Positions 37,637 through 45,735 of a DNA stretch of 64,000 nucleotides are shown here, piece after piece. Source of the DNA: Lachnospiraceae bacterium. GTDB lineage: Bacteria; Bacillota; Clostridia; Lachnospirales; Lachnospiraceae. The stretch spans positions 5,139-69,138 of the forward strand of contig JAQXLY010000063.1 of NCBI GenBank assembly GCA_029012365.1, given 5' to 3'. How positions within the stretch are numbered: the stretch's first letter is position 1; each line of letters starts with the position of its first letter. Below the pieces are notes generated by a model, which saw only the letters and a list, made by a program, of their open reading frames with translations, did no database searches and was not told the DNA's origin. The translations under genes were made by a program, and so were the position numbers.

Positions 37637-38668
37637 ATGTCAAAGGTTGTAACCATGGGTGAGATTATGTTAAGACTTTCTACACCGGGAAATGAGAAGT
37701 TTATTCAGGCAGATGAGTTTGATGTATGCTACGGCGGCGGCGAAGCAAACGTAGCAGTTTCTCTGGCAAATTACGGACATGATGCGCAGTATGTTACCAA
37801 GGTACCGAAGAATCCGATCGGTGAGTGTGCGGTGGCTGCACTTCGTAAAATGAACGTAGGCACCGAGCATATTGCCTACGGCGGAGAGCGTCTCGGTATC
37901 TATTTCTTAGAAACCGGTGCCGCAATGCGTGCTTCCAATGTGGTTTACGACAGAGCCCATTCATCAATTTCTACCGCTACGGCAGCAGATTTTGATTTTG
38001 ATAAGATTTTTGACGGTGTGGACTGGTTCCATTTTACCGGTATTACTCCGGCGGTTTCTGATGCGGCAGCCGAGCTTACCGAGATTGCCTGCAAGGCAGC
38101 AAAGAAGGCGGGCGTAAAGGTTTCCTGCGACCTGAACTTCCGGAAAAAGCTCTGGTCCTCCGAAAAAGCGCAGAAGGTGATGAGCAATCTCATGCAGTAC
38201 GTTGACGTTTGTATCGGTAACGAAGAGGATGCCGAGAAGGTACTGGGCTTCAAGCCGGGCAATACCGACGTAACAAACGGTGATTTGGAGCTTGCGGGCT
38301 ACAAGAGCATGTTCTTGCAGATGTTTGAGAAGTTTAATGTTGAGTATGTCATCAGCTCTCTGCGCGTCAGTCATTCCGCATCCGATAACGGCTGGTCCGC
38401 ATGTATTTATTCCAGAGATACGAAGGAGTTCTATCACTCCAGAGAGTACAGAATCGCTCCGATTGTAGACCGTGTAGGCGGCGGTGATTCCTTTGCGGGC
38501 GGTGTCATCTGTGGCTTCCTTGACGGAAAGAATTTCAAGGATGCTCTTGAATTCGGTGTAGCGGCATCCGCATTAAAGCACACGATTCCGGGCGACTTCA
38601 ACCTCGTATCCAGAGCAGACGTAGACAATCTGGTCGGCGGCGACGGAAGCGGAAGAGTACAAAGATAG
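37637..38668 (+). CDS. kdgK: PfkB-family sugar kinase, probably 2-dehydro-3-deoxygluconokinase
   Basis: VVTMGEIMLRLSTPG...GGGEANVA...DRVGGGDSFAGG. Sits next to uxaC and the LacI regulator. Start set at the ATG at 37637 behind AAGGAG. Confidence 0.8.
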   Translation: MSKVVTMGEIMLRLSTPGNEKFIQADEFDVCYGGGEANVAVSLANYGHDAQYVTKVPKNPIGECAVAALRKMNVGTEHIAYGGERLGIYFLETGAAMRASNVVYDRAHSSISTATAADFDFDKIFDGVDWFHFTGITPAVSDAAAELTEIACKAAKKAGVKVSCDLNFRKKLWSSEKAQKVMSNLMQYVDVCIGNEEDAEKVLGFKPGNTDVTNGDLELAGYKSMFLQMFEKFNVEYVISSLRVSHSASDNGWSACIYSRDTKEFYHSREYRIAPIVDRVGGGDSFAGGVICGFLDGKNFKDALEFGVAASALKHTIPGDFNLVSRADVDNLVGGDGSGRVQR

Positions 38669-38683
38669 TTTTAAAAAAAAGGA

Positions 38684-38712
38684 TTGACAAAAAGAAGCCT
38701 TCGCTGTATTCT
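38684..38712 (+). promoter_or_regulatory. possible promoter for the ABC transporter operon
   Basis: TTGACA, 17 nt, TATTCT. Confidence 0.4.
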
Positions 38713-38739
38713 TGTATTAAGTAATTAGTACAAGAATAC
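38706..38739. promoter_or_regulatory. 34-bp inverted repeat overlapping the -10 region (putative operator or 5' UTR hairpin)
   Basis: GTATTCTTGTA-N12-TACAAGAATAC, with perfect 11-bp arms. Confidence 0.45.
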
Positions 38740-38756
38740 AACGGAGGTTTTATTTT

Positions 38757-39470
38757 ATGCTTAAAATTGAGGGATTTACCAAGCGCTACGGGGAAAAGGT
38801 GGCGGTAAACAATCTGAATCTACATATCGCCCCGGGTGAGATTTATGGCTTTATCGGTCATAACGGTGCCGGAAAGACAACAACGCTGAAAGCCTGCTGC
38901 GGTTTGCTGCAGATTACGGAAGGGAAAATTTTAATTAACGGAAAGTCAATCAAGGATGAGCCGATTGCCTGTAAAAAGGAGATGGCATATATTCCGGATA
39001 ACCCGGACTTGTATGACTTCCTGACCGGATATGATTACCTGAATTTTGTGGCGGATGTATACGGTGTACCGAAAACGGAGCGGAATGAGCGCATTGATAC
39101 ATACGGGGAAATGCTTGGCATTACCGACGCACTCGCACTTTCGATTTCGGAGTATTCACACGGCATGAAGCAGAAGGTTGCAATTATCTCCGCACTTGTT
39201 CATTCACCAAAGCTGATTTTGATGGATGAGCCGTTTGTGGGCCTTGACCCGTCCGCATCCCACCAGTTAAAGCAGTTAATGAAGAAGCACTGTGAAGAGG
39301 GCGGCGCTATTTTCTTTTCTACCCATGTGCTCGAGGTGGCAGAGAAGCTTTGTCATAAGGTAGCAATTATTAAAGGCGGTAACTTAGTGGCATCCGGTAC
39401 GATGGATGAGGTAAGGGGGAATTCCTCTCTGGAAGAAGTGTTCCTGGAATTGGAGGTTTCACAGGCATGA
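38757..39470 (+). CDS. ABC transporter ATP-binding protein
   Basis: Walker A GHNGAGKTT, signature YSHGMKQK, Walker B LILMDEPFVGLD. Confidence 0.9.
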   Translation: MLKIEGFTKRYGEKVAVNNLNLHIAPGEIYGFIGHNGAGKTTTLKACCGLLQITEGKILINGKSIKDEPIACKKEMAYIPDNPDLYDFLTGYDYLNFVADVYGVPKTERNERIDTYGEMLGITDALALSISEYSHGMKQKVAIISALVHSPKLILMDEPFVGLDPSASHQLKQLMKKHCEEGGAIFFSTHVLEVAEKLCHKVAIIKGGNLVASGTMDEVRGNSSLEEVFLELEVSQA

Positions 39471-41062
39471 AGCTATTAATCGGTATTCGTTTGAAGTCTT
39501 TATTCTATAACATGAAAAAGTCGTTCGGCGGAAAGAAAAAAGGGATGGGGGCACTGGTTGCCGTTATAATGCTGTTTCTTTTGTTTTCCGTAGAGATGAT
39601 GCTGTTCGGCGGCTGGGATATGTTATCTGCTTATTTAGAAACGGATTTTGCATGGCTGTATTTTGCATTGGCAGGACTTCTTGCCTTTGCGTTAGGTATT
39701 TTCGGTACGGTGTTTACGACCCAGAGCCAGATGTATCAGGCAAAGGATAATGAATTGCTGCTCGCCATGCCGATAAAGCCGGGAAATATTGTGGGCAGCC
39801 GTGTCATTGTACTGTATTTGATGACATTTGTTTTCATTGCGGTTGTAATGCTGCCGGCCGGGGTGGTGTATTGCCTGAAATTCGGTGTGTCGGTATCGTT
39901 TTTGGCTGTTTTCCTGATGATGATGGTGTTAATTAGTCTGCTTACTCAGGCGGTGACCTGCCTGCTTGGCTGGGTGCTGCACTTTTTACTTGCCGGATTC
40001 CGTCACAAGGCGATTATTGCAACAATATTTATGACAGCGGTTATGATTTTGTATTTTGTCGGCATTAATAAGGTTGAGACGTTGATGATATTACTGGTGG
40101 AAAACGGTGGTAAGATAGCTTCGGCAATTCAGAGCTTTGCATGGCCTTTTTATGCGATTGGCGTTTCATGTCTCGGAGACTGGGGACAGTTTATTTTACT
40201 GGTGCTTCTTTGCATCGGTGCATTCGGAATCGTAACGGTGATACTAAATGCAACCTTTGTAAAGGCGATGCTTGCAGGCGGGAAGTCGAAGCGTGCGGTA
40301 AAACAGAAGCGTGACAGCAGGGTTCGCTCTGCGGAAGGAACGATTTGTAAGAAAGAAGCAAAGCGTTTTTTTACAAGTACGACCTATCTTGTGAATATCG
40401 GTATGGGACTTTTTATGATTGTAGCCTTTGTGGGAGCGGGAATTATGTTAAAGGAAAAGCTGCTTTCGGTAATGACTCAGATATTTGCCGAAGAAACACA
40501 GAAATTTGTGCCGGTATTTTTGATTGGCGGTATGGGGCTTTTAGCTGCCATGACACCGATTTCGGCACCGTCTGTCTCACTGGAGGGAAAACATATCTGG
40601 ATTTTACGCTCGATGCCGGTCAGTGGGGTACAGGTACTGAAGGCGAAGTTTAGGTTTCATTGCGTGGCAACGGTGCCGCTTAGTGCTATCGGTACGATTG
40701 TGTTAGGCTTTGTATATGGGCTCACGGTGCCTGAAATTGTTGCCGCAACGATAGGTACAGTCTTGCTGTTTGTTTTATGCGGCGTTTTGGGACTTGTTTT
40801 CAATATGTGTTTTCCTCGTCTTGACTGGCCTAATGAGGCAACAGCGTGCAAACAGTCCATGGCTGTTTTCTTTGCCATTTTTGGAATGATGTTTGTCAGT
40901 CTTGCTTATGTACTGCTTTATTTTGCAGGCTCAGAACTGCTTGGCGGAACGGCAGAGGGTGTATGGGCAATTCTGCTGGTAGATGTTCTTTTTGCAATTA
41001 TTACTTACCTGTGCTATCTTTTAATGACGAAGTGGGGCGGCAAAAAGTTTGAGACGCTGTAA
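39467..41062 (+). CDS. ABC transporter permease (large polytopic, ABC-2-like exporter component)
   Basis: 531-aa ORF with ~12 hydrophobic segments. Its ATGA start overlaps the ATPase gene's stop. Confidence 0.7.
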   Translation: MKLLIGIRLKSLFYNMKKSFGGKKKGMGALVAVIMLFLLFSVEMMLFGGWDMLSAYLETDFAWLYFALAGLLAFALGIFGTVFTTQSQMYQAKDNELLLAMPIKPGNIVGSRVIVLYLMTFVFIAVVMLPAGVVYCLKFGVSVSFLAVFLMMMVLISLLTQAVTCLLGWVLHFLLAGFRHKAIIATIFMTAVMILYFVGINKVETLMILLVENGGKIASAIQSFAWPFYAIGVSCLGDWGQFILLVLLCIGAFGIVTVILNATFVKAMLAGGKSKRAVKQKRDSRVRSAEGTICKKEAKRFFTSTTYLVNIGMGLFMIVAFVGAGIMLKEKLLSVMTQIFAEETQKFVPVFLIGGMGLLAAMTPISAPSVSLEGKHIWILRSMPVSGVQVLKAKFRFHCVATVPLSAIGTIVLGFVYGLTVPEIVAATIGTVLLFVLCGVLGLVFNMCFPRLDWPNEATACKQSMAVFFAIFGMMFVSLAYVLLYFAGSELLGGTAEGVWAILLVDVLFAIITYLCYLLMTKWGGKKFETL

Positions 41063-41121
41063 AATATAATAACAAAATTTGTAACGTTTTGCGTTTACGT
41101 GTATCTAACTGTCAAAAGGAC

Positions 41122-41347
41122 ATGAAGCAGTGGAGATACAAATCGGTAAACGCAAAGCGTTTTTTTGTAATGTGAAAGTGATATTGTTGTATCTGGTCAT
41201 CTATGGTCATTTATTTCATAGAACCGAGAATAAACGACAGCGCATTGTTATTATGGCAGTAACGGTTGATTTATGCAGTACATATGCCATTGTTTGCTTT
41301 TGTTTCGGGAATGTTTTTAAAGACAAGAGGATCCATTGAGATATAAG
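41122..41347 (+). pseudogene. frameshifted 5' remnant of an acyltransferase-3 family gene
   Basis: Three frames carry consecutive pieces: MKQWRYKS..., then FFCNVKVILLYLVIYGHLF, then HMPLFAFVSGMFLK followed by a stop. Full-length family members are ~330-380 aa. Confidence 0.55.
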
Positions 41348-41396
41348 GAAATACGCTTACAGCAAATAGAGTTGTCAATAGTTTAGCAATAAAAAC

Positions 41397-41432
41397 CTTC
41401 CCTGTGCTTTGACGAGAAAGGGAAGTTTTTTT
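41397..41432 (+). terminator. rho-independent terminator
   Basis: Stem cttccct/agggaag with a 15-nt loop, followed by TTTTTTT. Confidence 0.7.
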
Positions 41433-41652
41433 CTATTGTCTAAGGTCAACCACTCTGTGGCGAGTGCCAAAAGTTCATATCGAACGGTAGAATTGTGCTA
41501 TTTCGAAAAAAGTGCTTTTCTTTTTCCATAGGTTGTGGTATCATATATATTTAGCGGAGATATATTCCGAGACTACTGAAAAGCATGACGGAAAACGGCG
41601 TGTTTTTCAGTTGTTTCGGCCATCTCCGCAAAACGACAAAAGGAGATTTAAA

Positions 41653-43740
41653 ATGGCGTACAAGAGTTTTTCAATGGAACTTGCAGGCAGAACTCTGACT
41701 GTAGATATCGGCAGAGTTGCCGCACAGGCAAACGGTGCAGCTTTCATGCATTATGGTGACACAACGGTGCTTTCCACCGCTACGGCTTCCGAGAAGCCGC
41801 GTGATGGGATTGATTTCTTCCCGTTAAGCGTAGAATACGAGGAAAAGTTATACGCAGTCGGTAAGATTCCGGGGGGGTTCAACCGCAGAGAGGGTAAGGC
41901 TTCTGAAAATGCTATCCTTACTTCCCGTGTCATTGATCGTCCGATGCGTCCGTTATTCCCGAAGGATTACAGAAACGATGTAACCTTAAACAACATGGTA
42001 ATGTCCGTAGACCCGGAGTGCAGCCCGGAGTTAACCGCCATGCTCGGTTCCGCAATCGCAGTAGCAATTTCCGATATTCCGTTTGATGGTCCGTGTGCTA
42101 CTACACAGGTCGGACTGATTGACGGAGAGTTTGTTTTTAATCCGAATTCCACACAGAATAAGGTTTCCGACTTGAAGCTTACCGTGGCTTCTACAAGAGA
42201 CAAGGTTATTATGATTGAAGCCGGTGCAAACGAAGTACCGGAGGCAAAGATGATTGAGGCTATTTATGCTGCTCACGAGATTAACCAGCAGGTAATTGCG
42301 TTTATCGATAAAATTGTTGCGGAGTGCGGTAAGGCAAAGCATGAGTATACCAGCTGTGCGGTTCCGGAGGAGTTGTTCGCGGCAATTAAGGAGCTTGTTC
42401 CGCCGGCAGAGATGGAAGAGGCAGTGTTTACCGACGAGAAGCAGAAGCGCGAGGAGAATATCCGTCAGATTACGGCAAGATTGGAAGAGGCTTTTGCGGA
42501 GAACGAAGAGTGGCTTGCAGTGCTCGGAGAAGCAATCTACCAGTATCAGAAGAAGACCGTTCGTAAGATGATTTTGAAGGATCACAAGCGTCCGGACGGC
42601 AGAGAGCTTACCCAGATTCGTAAGCTGGCTGCAGAGGTTGATATTATTCCGCGTGTACACGGTTCTGCTATGTTTACCAGAGGTCAGACACAGATTTGTA
42701 ATGTATGTACGTTAGCTCCGCTTTCCGATGCACAGAAGTTAGATGGACTTGATGAGAACGAAGTTTCCAAGCGTTATATGCACCACTACAATTTCCCGGC
42801 TTACTCTGTAGGTGAGACAAAGGTTTCCAGAGGTCCGGGACGTCGTGAAATCGGTCACGGTGCACTTGCTGAGAGAGCACTTCTTCCGGTACTTCCTCCG
42901 GAGGATGTTTTCCCGTACGCAATCCGTACCGTATCCGAGACCTTTGAGTCCAACGGTTCTACCTCTATGGCTTCTACCTGTGCGTCCTGTATGTCTCTAA
43001 TGGCAGCAGGTGTTCCGATTCGTAAGATGGTTGCGGGTATTTCCTGTGGTCTTGTGACCGGTGAGACCGATGATGATTATGTATTGTTAACTGATATTCA
43101 GGGTCTTGAGGACTTCTTTGGTGATATGGACTTTAAGGTGACCGGTACAGATGCAGGTATTACCGCTATTCAGATGGATATTAAGATTCACGGTCTGACC
43201 AGAGCGATTGTGGAAGGTGCGATTGCAAGATGCCGCGAAGCAAGAATGTACATTATGGAAAATTGCATGAAGCCGGCAATCGCTGAACCGAGAGCTGAGG
43301 TGAGCAAGTATGCACCGAAGATAATCCAGATTCAGATTGACCCGGCAAAGATCGGTGATGTAGTTGGTCAGAGAGGTAAGACTATCAATGCGATTATCGA
43401 AGAGACCGGCGTTAAGATTGATATTACCGATGACGGTGCTGTTTCCATCTGTGGTACCGATCCGGCAGGTATGCAGCGTGCAGTTGACCTGATTCAGATT
43501 ATTGTGACCGATTTTGAGGAAGGTCAGGTACTTGAGGGTAAGGTTGTCAGCATTAAAGAGTTTGGTGCTTTTCTTGAGTTTGCACCGGGCAAGGAGGCAA
43601 TGGTTCACATCTCTAAGATTTCTAAGGAGCGTATCAATCACGTAGAAGATGTTCTTACTCTTGGTGATGTGGTAAAGGCAGTATGTCTCGGTAAGGACAA
43701 GATGGGAAGAATCAGCTTCAGCATTAAGGATGTAAAATAA
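41653..43740 (+). CDS. pnp: polyribonucleotide nucleotidyltransferase (PNPase)
   Basis: Two RNase PH domains, a KH domain (GDVVGQRGKTINAI) and an S1 domain (GKVVSIKEFGAFLEF). Start set at the ATG at 41653 behind AAAGGAG; the 47-codon upstream extension is unsupported. Confidence 0.95.
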   Translation: MAYKSFSMELAGRTLTVDIGRVAAQANGAAFMHYGDTTVLSTATASEKPRDGIDFFPLSVEYEEKLYAVGKIPGGFNRREGKASENAILTSRVIDRPMRPLFPKDYRNDVTLNNMVMSVDPECSPELTAMLGSAIAVAISDIPFDGPCATTQVGLIDGEFVFNPNSTQNKVSDLKLTVASTRDKVIMIEAGANEVPEAKMIEAIYAAHEINQQVIAFIDKIVAECGKAKHEYTSCAVPEELFAAIKELVPPAEMEEAVFTDEKQKREENIRQITARLEEAFAENEEWLAVLGEAIYQYQKKTVRKMILKDHKRPDGRELTQIRKLAAEVDIIPRVHGSAMFTRGQTQICNVCTLAPLSDAQKLDGLDENEVSKRYMHHYNFPAYSVGETKVSRGPGRREIGHGALAERALLPVLPPEDVFPYAIRTVSETFESNGSTSMASTCASCMSLMAAGVPIRKMVAGISCGLVTGETDDDYVLLTDIQGLEDFFGDMDFKVTGTDAGITAIQMDIKIHGLTRAIVEGAIARCREARMYIMENCMKPAIAEPRAEVSKYAPKIIQIQIDPAKIGDVVGQRGKTINAIIEETGVKIDITDDGAVSICGTDPAGMQRAVDLIQIIVTDFEEGQVLEGKVVSIKEFGAFLEFAPGKEAMVHISKISKERINHVEDVLTLGDVVKAVCLGKDKMGRISFSIKDVK

Positions 43741-43746
43741 AGGACC

Positions 43747-43839
43747 GCTCTTTCGCACAAGAGGGCTTTTAACTGGTCGGAAAATGAAAAGAAACATTTC
43801 ATTTTCCGACTTTTGTTTCGCCCTTATGTGCGAAAGAGC
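43747..43839 (+). terminator. nested double hairpin containing the pnp terminator
   Basis: Inner 14-bp perfect stem gtcggaaaatgaaa/tttcattttccgac (43776-43810), followed by TTTTGTTT. It is enclosed by a 20-nt outer stem gctctttcgcacaagagggc/gcccttatgtgcgaaagagc, paired at 19 of 20 positions. Confidence 0.7.
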
Positions 43840-43939
43840 CGGTGTGAATACAAGGTAGGAAATTTGCTACAATGAGGTCGGTGGTGAATTAGAATTTATA
43901 AGAACAGTTAGAGAAACTTGAATTTGACGGAGGGTAAGT

Positions 43940-44338
43940 ATGATTTTCTATGATATAACAGAAGAAGATAAAGCATTGATAGAAATTGCATTATCCAAAA
44001 TAGACAAATATTTTGATAGTCAAAAGTATAACCATACAGTAGGAGCAGCAATTAGATGTAAAAACGGCAACATATATTCAGGTGTGAATTGTGATGGGAT
44101 ACATGGTTCTTGCGCGGAATATATCACTATGGGTATTGCAATTTCCGAAGGTGAACGAGATTTCGACACTATTGTAGCGGTCCATAAAGATTTTCCCAAT
44201 AAAGTAATTGCACCATGTGGAAATTGTAGACAAATGCTAATAGAGTATTGCCCAGATATTAAGGTTATTCTTAATGATTATGAAAATAATTTAGTTAAAG
44301 TTGGCATCAAGGACTTATTGCCATTTGCGTGTTTATAG
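43940..44338 (+). CDS. cytidine-deaminase-fold protein, blasticidin-S deaminase (Bsr/BSD)-like
   Basis: 132 aa with HTVGAAIRCKNGNIYSGVN...CAE...DFDTIVAV...PCGNCRQ. Zinc ligands and spacing match what I recall of Bsr/BSD. GGAGGG RBS. Confidence 0.75.
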   Translation: MIFYDITEEDKALIEIALSKIDKYFDSQKYNHTVGAAIRCKNGNIYSGVNCDGIHGSCAEYITMGIAISEGERDFDTIVAVHKDFPNKVIAPCGNCRQMLIEYCPDIKVILNDYENNLVKVGIKDLLPFACL

Positions 44339-44442
44339 TATTGTCAAATGTGAAGTTGTCGCATAGAAAATATATTTCATAGGTCTGGGTGCGATGCAGG
44401 TATTGCTGGTTTGCAGGTATTATAGAAATTATACAAAATAGG

Positions 44443-44472
44443 TTGTATTTATCCTAGAAAAAGTGATATACT
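44443..44472 (+). promoter_or_regulatory. possible promoter for phd-doc (and perhaps the downstream cassette)
   Basis: TTGTAT, 18 nt, TATACT with a TGa extended -10. Confidence 0.4.
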
Positions 44473-44500
44473 ATCCATATAAGATTATGGAGGTGTTCAC

Positions 44501-44743
44501 ATGACAATAGATACAAATACAATGGTTTCGATTACGGAAGCAAATCAGAACTTTTCAAAAGTTGCAAGATTAGTAGATGAGCTCGGCTCAGTTGTTATAC
44601 TTAAGAATAATGCACCAAGATATTTGGTAATCGATTTTAGCAAAGCAGATGAAAGCGCTGTGGCCAAGAATGAAGATGTGCTCGAGATTTCAAGGAGATT
44701 ACTTGCACAGAATAAAGAAGCTTACGAGGTGCTTGCTGAATGA
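44501..44743 (+). CDS. type II toxin-antitoxin system Phd/YefM family antitoxin
   Basis: 80 aa. MVSITEANQNFSKVARLVDELGSVVILKNNAPRYLVI is typical of Phd/YefM. Its ATGA overlaps the downstream doc. Confidence 0.8.
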   Translation: MTIDTNTMVSITEANQNFSKVARLVDELGSVVILKNNAPRYLVIDFSKADESAVAKNEDVLEISRRLLAQNKEAYEVLAE

Positions 44744-44988
44744 AAAGATTGAGTAAAGAGCAAATTTTGATGCTCCATTCACAGCTCATAGAACAAACTG
44801 GCGGAACCCTTGGGGTAAGAGACTTCAATTTGTTGGAGTCGGCTATTGAGACACCGTTTCAAGTGTTTGATGGAGAAGAGTTATATCCAACGATACAAGC
44901 GAAAGGTACGCGTCTTGGCTATGGATTAATAAAAAATCATTGTATGTTGGATGGTAATAAACGAATAGGAACACAGGTGATTATTTGA
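44740..44988 (+). CDS. Doc/Fic family toxin, C-terminally truncated (82 aa; likely inactive remnant)
   Basis: The Doc-type Fic motif HCMLDGNKR is present, but the ORF stops 8 codons later. Doc proteins are normally ~120-135 aa. Confidence 0.7.
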   Translation: MKRLSKEQILMLHSQLIEQTGGTLGVRDFNLLESAIETPFQVFDGEELYPTIQAKGTRLGYGLIKNHCMLDGNKRIGTQVII

Positions 44989-45037
44989 ATTTACAGAATT
45001 GTTAAATTCCAATTTTTCGTGCAAAGGAGATGATGAA

Positions 45038-45733
45038 GTGCAATATACATCAATTGAAATAAATGAAATGTGTAAAAAAGCACTAGAGAGTATCGAAACA
45101 TTTTATCAACAAGATTTTATAAATTATAGAGGAAGAACGGCAGACACCAATCGGTTTTATACAGAAGTTGTTGCAGATTATGTTCTCAATAATATTGATT
45201 CATTTTTAAATAATATTCCCAGAATTACGCGGATGAAAGATTATGACCAGAAACACGATGGTTCATATCGTGAAGGCACAGGAAGAGATGAAGAAATCAT
45301 TGCTATAAAAATGTTCAGAAAAAGCCAGATGGATAATTGCACATATCCGTACATAGGAAAAATAATCGACTATCAGACTCCTTTGAAATTGAAAAGAACT
45401 GATGTGGCAGGTAAGATTGATTTACTATCATATGATGGGAAGGTACTAAGGATTCTAGAATTAAAGAAACCATCGAGTACGGAGTCGATGTTACGGTGTG
45501 TTTTAGAAGGATACACTTATTTAAAAACGGTTGATGAAAAGAAGTTGATTACTGATTTTGGTTTGCCATCAGAGACTATTGTGGAGGCAGCACCTTTTGT
45601 GTTTTGGAAAGCAAATCAGTGGATAGAATGGCAGGAAGATAGACCTGCATTGCATTCTCTTTGTCGAATACTAGGAATAAAACCTTATTTCATCAAAGAA
45701 GAGAATGACAGCTATACAATATTGGAGGGTTAG
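45038..45733 (+). CDS. hypothetical protein with a PD-(D/E)xK-like nuclease motif
   Basis: 231 aa from the GTG at 45038, 8 nt after AAGGAG. The core GKIDLLSYDGKVLRILELKKP fits a D...ExK arrangement, preceded by the acidic EEIIAIK. I recognise no family. Confidence 0.5.
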   Translation: MQYTSIEINEMCKKALESIETFYQQDFINYRGRTADTNRFYTEVVADYVLNNIDSFLNNIPRITRMKDYDQKHDGSYREGTGRDEEIIAIKMFRKSQMDNCTYPYIGKIIDYQTPLKLKRTDVAGKIDLLSYDGKVLRILELKKPSSTESMLRCVLEGYTYLKTVDEKKLITDFGLPSETIVEAAPFVFWKANQWIEWQEDRPALHSLCRILGIKPYFIKEENDSYTILEG

Positions 45734-45735
45734 TG

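Noticed and set aside
41086-41163. Long-range inverted repeat aacgttttgcgtttac / gtaaacgcaaagcgttt downstream of the ABC permease gene
   Set aside because: It is imperfect and overlaps the start of the decayed acyltransferase stub. The local aaacgc-aaa-gcgttt hairpin with a T-run may act as a weak terminator. I could not support a distinct element.
41512-41652. N-terminal extensions of track ORFs: pnp here, and also trkA 22574-22672, uxaC 36326-36478, kdgK 37568-37636, gpmI 25540-25578, rnr 27502-27564, smpB 29684-29740, fhs 61933-61977 and the glycosylase 17539-17619
   Set aside because: In each case an internal ATG or GTG has a proper Shine-Dalgarno sequence and gives the conserved family N-terminus. 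The extensions have no RBS, and some would overlap neighbouring genes or promoters.
43087-43797. 236-aa ORF on the minus strand
   Set aside because: It lies entirely antisense to the 3' end of pnp, whose identity is unambiguous, and runs through the pnp terminator. It has no RBS or recognisable motif and is a shadow ORF. The same reasoning applies to 42031-42660(-), 48758-49570(-), 50359-50958(-), 13646-14236(-), 14397-15092(-), 28786-29286(-), 37964-38437(-) and the many other short antisense or overlapping track ORFs.
43811-43818. Possible target-site duplication flanking the island: TTTTGTTT at 43811-43818 and again at ~48692-48699; also GTTAAATT near 45001 and 47992
   Set aside because: These are 8-nt matches in AT-rich or T-rich sequence and are expected by chance. 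One copy is simply the terminator T-tract. They are not usable as evidence for an insertion mechanism.
44395-44421. Direct repeat GCAGGTATT x2 upstream of phd
   Set aside because: These are two 9-nt copies 18 nt apart and might be antitoxin operator half-sites. They lie ~40 nt upstream of the putative -35 element, there are only two short copies, and the support is insufficient to call.
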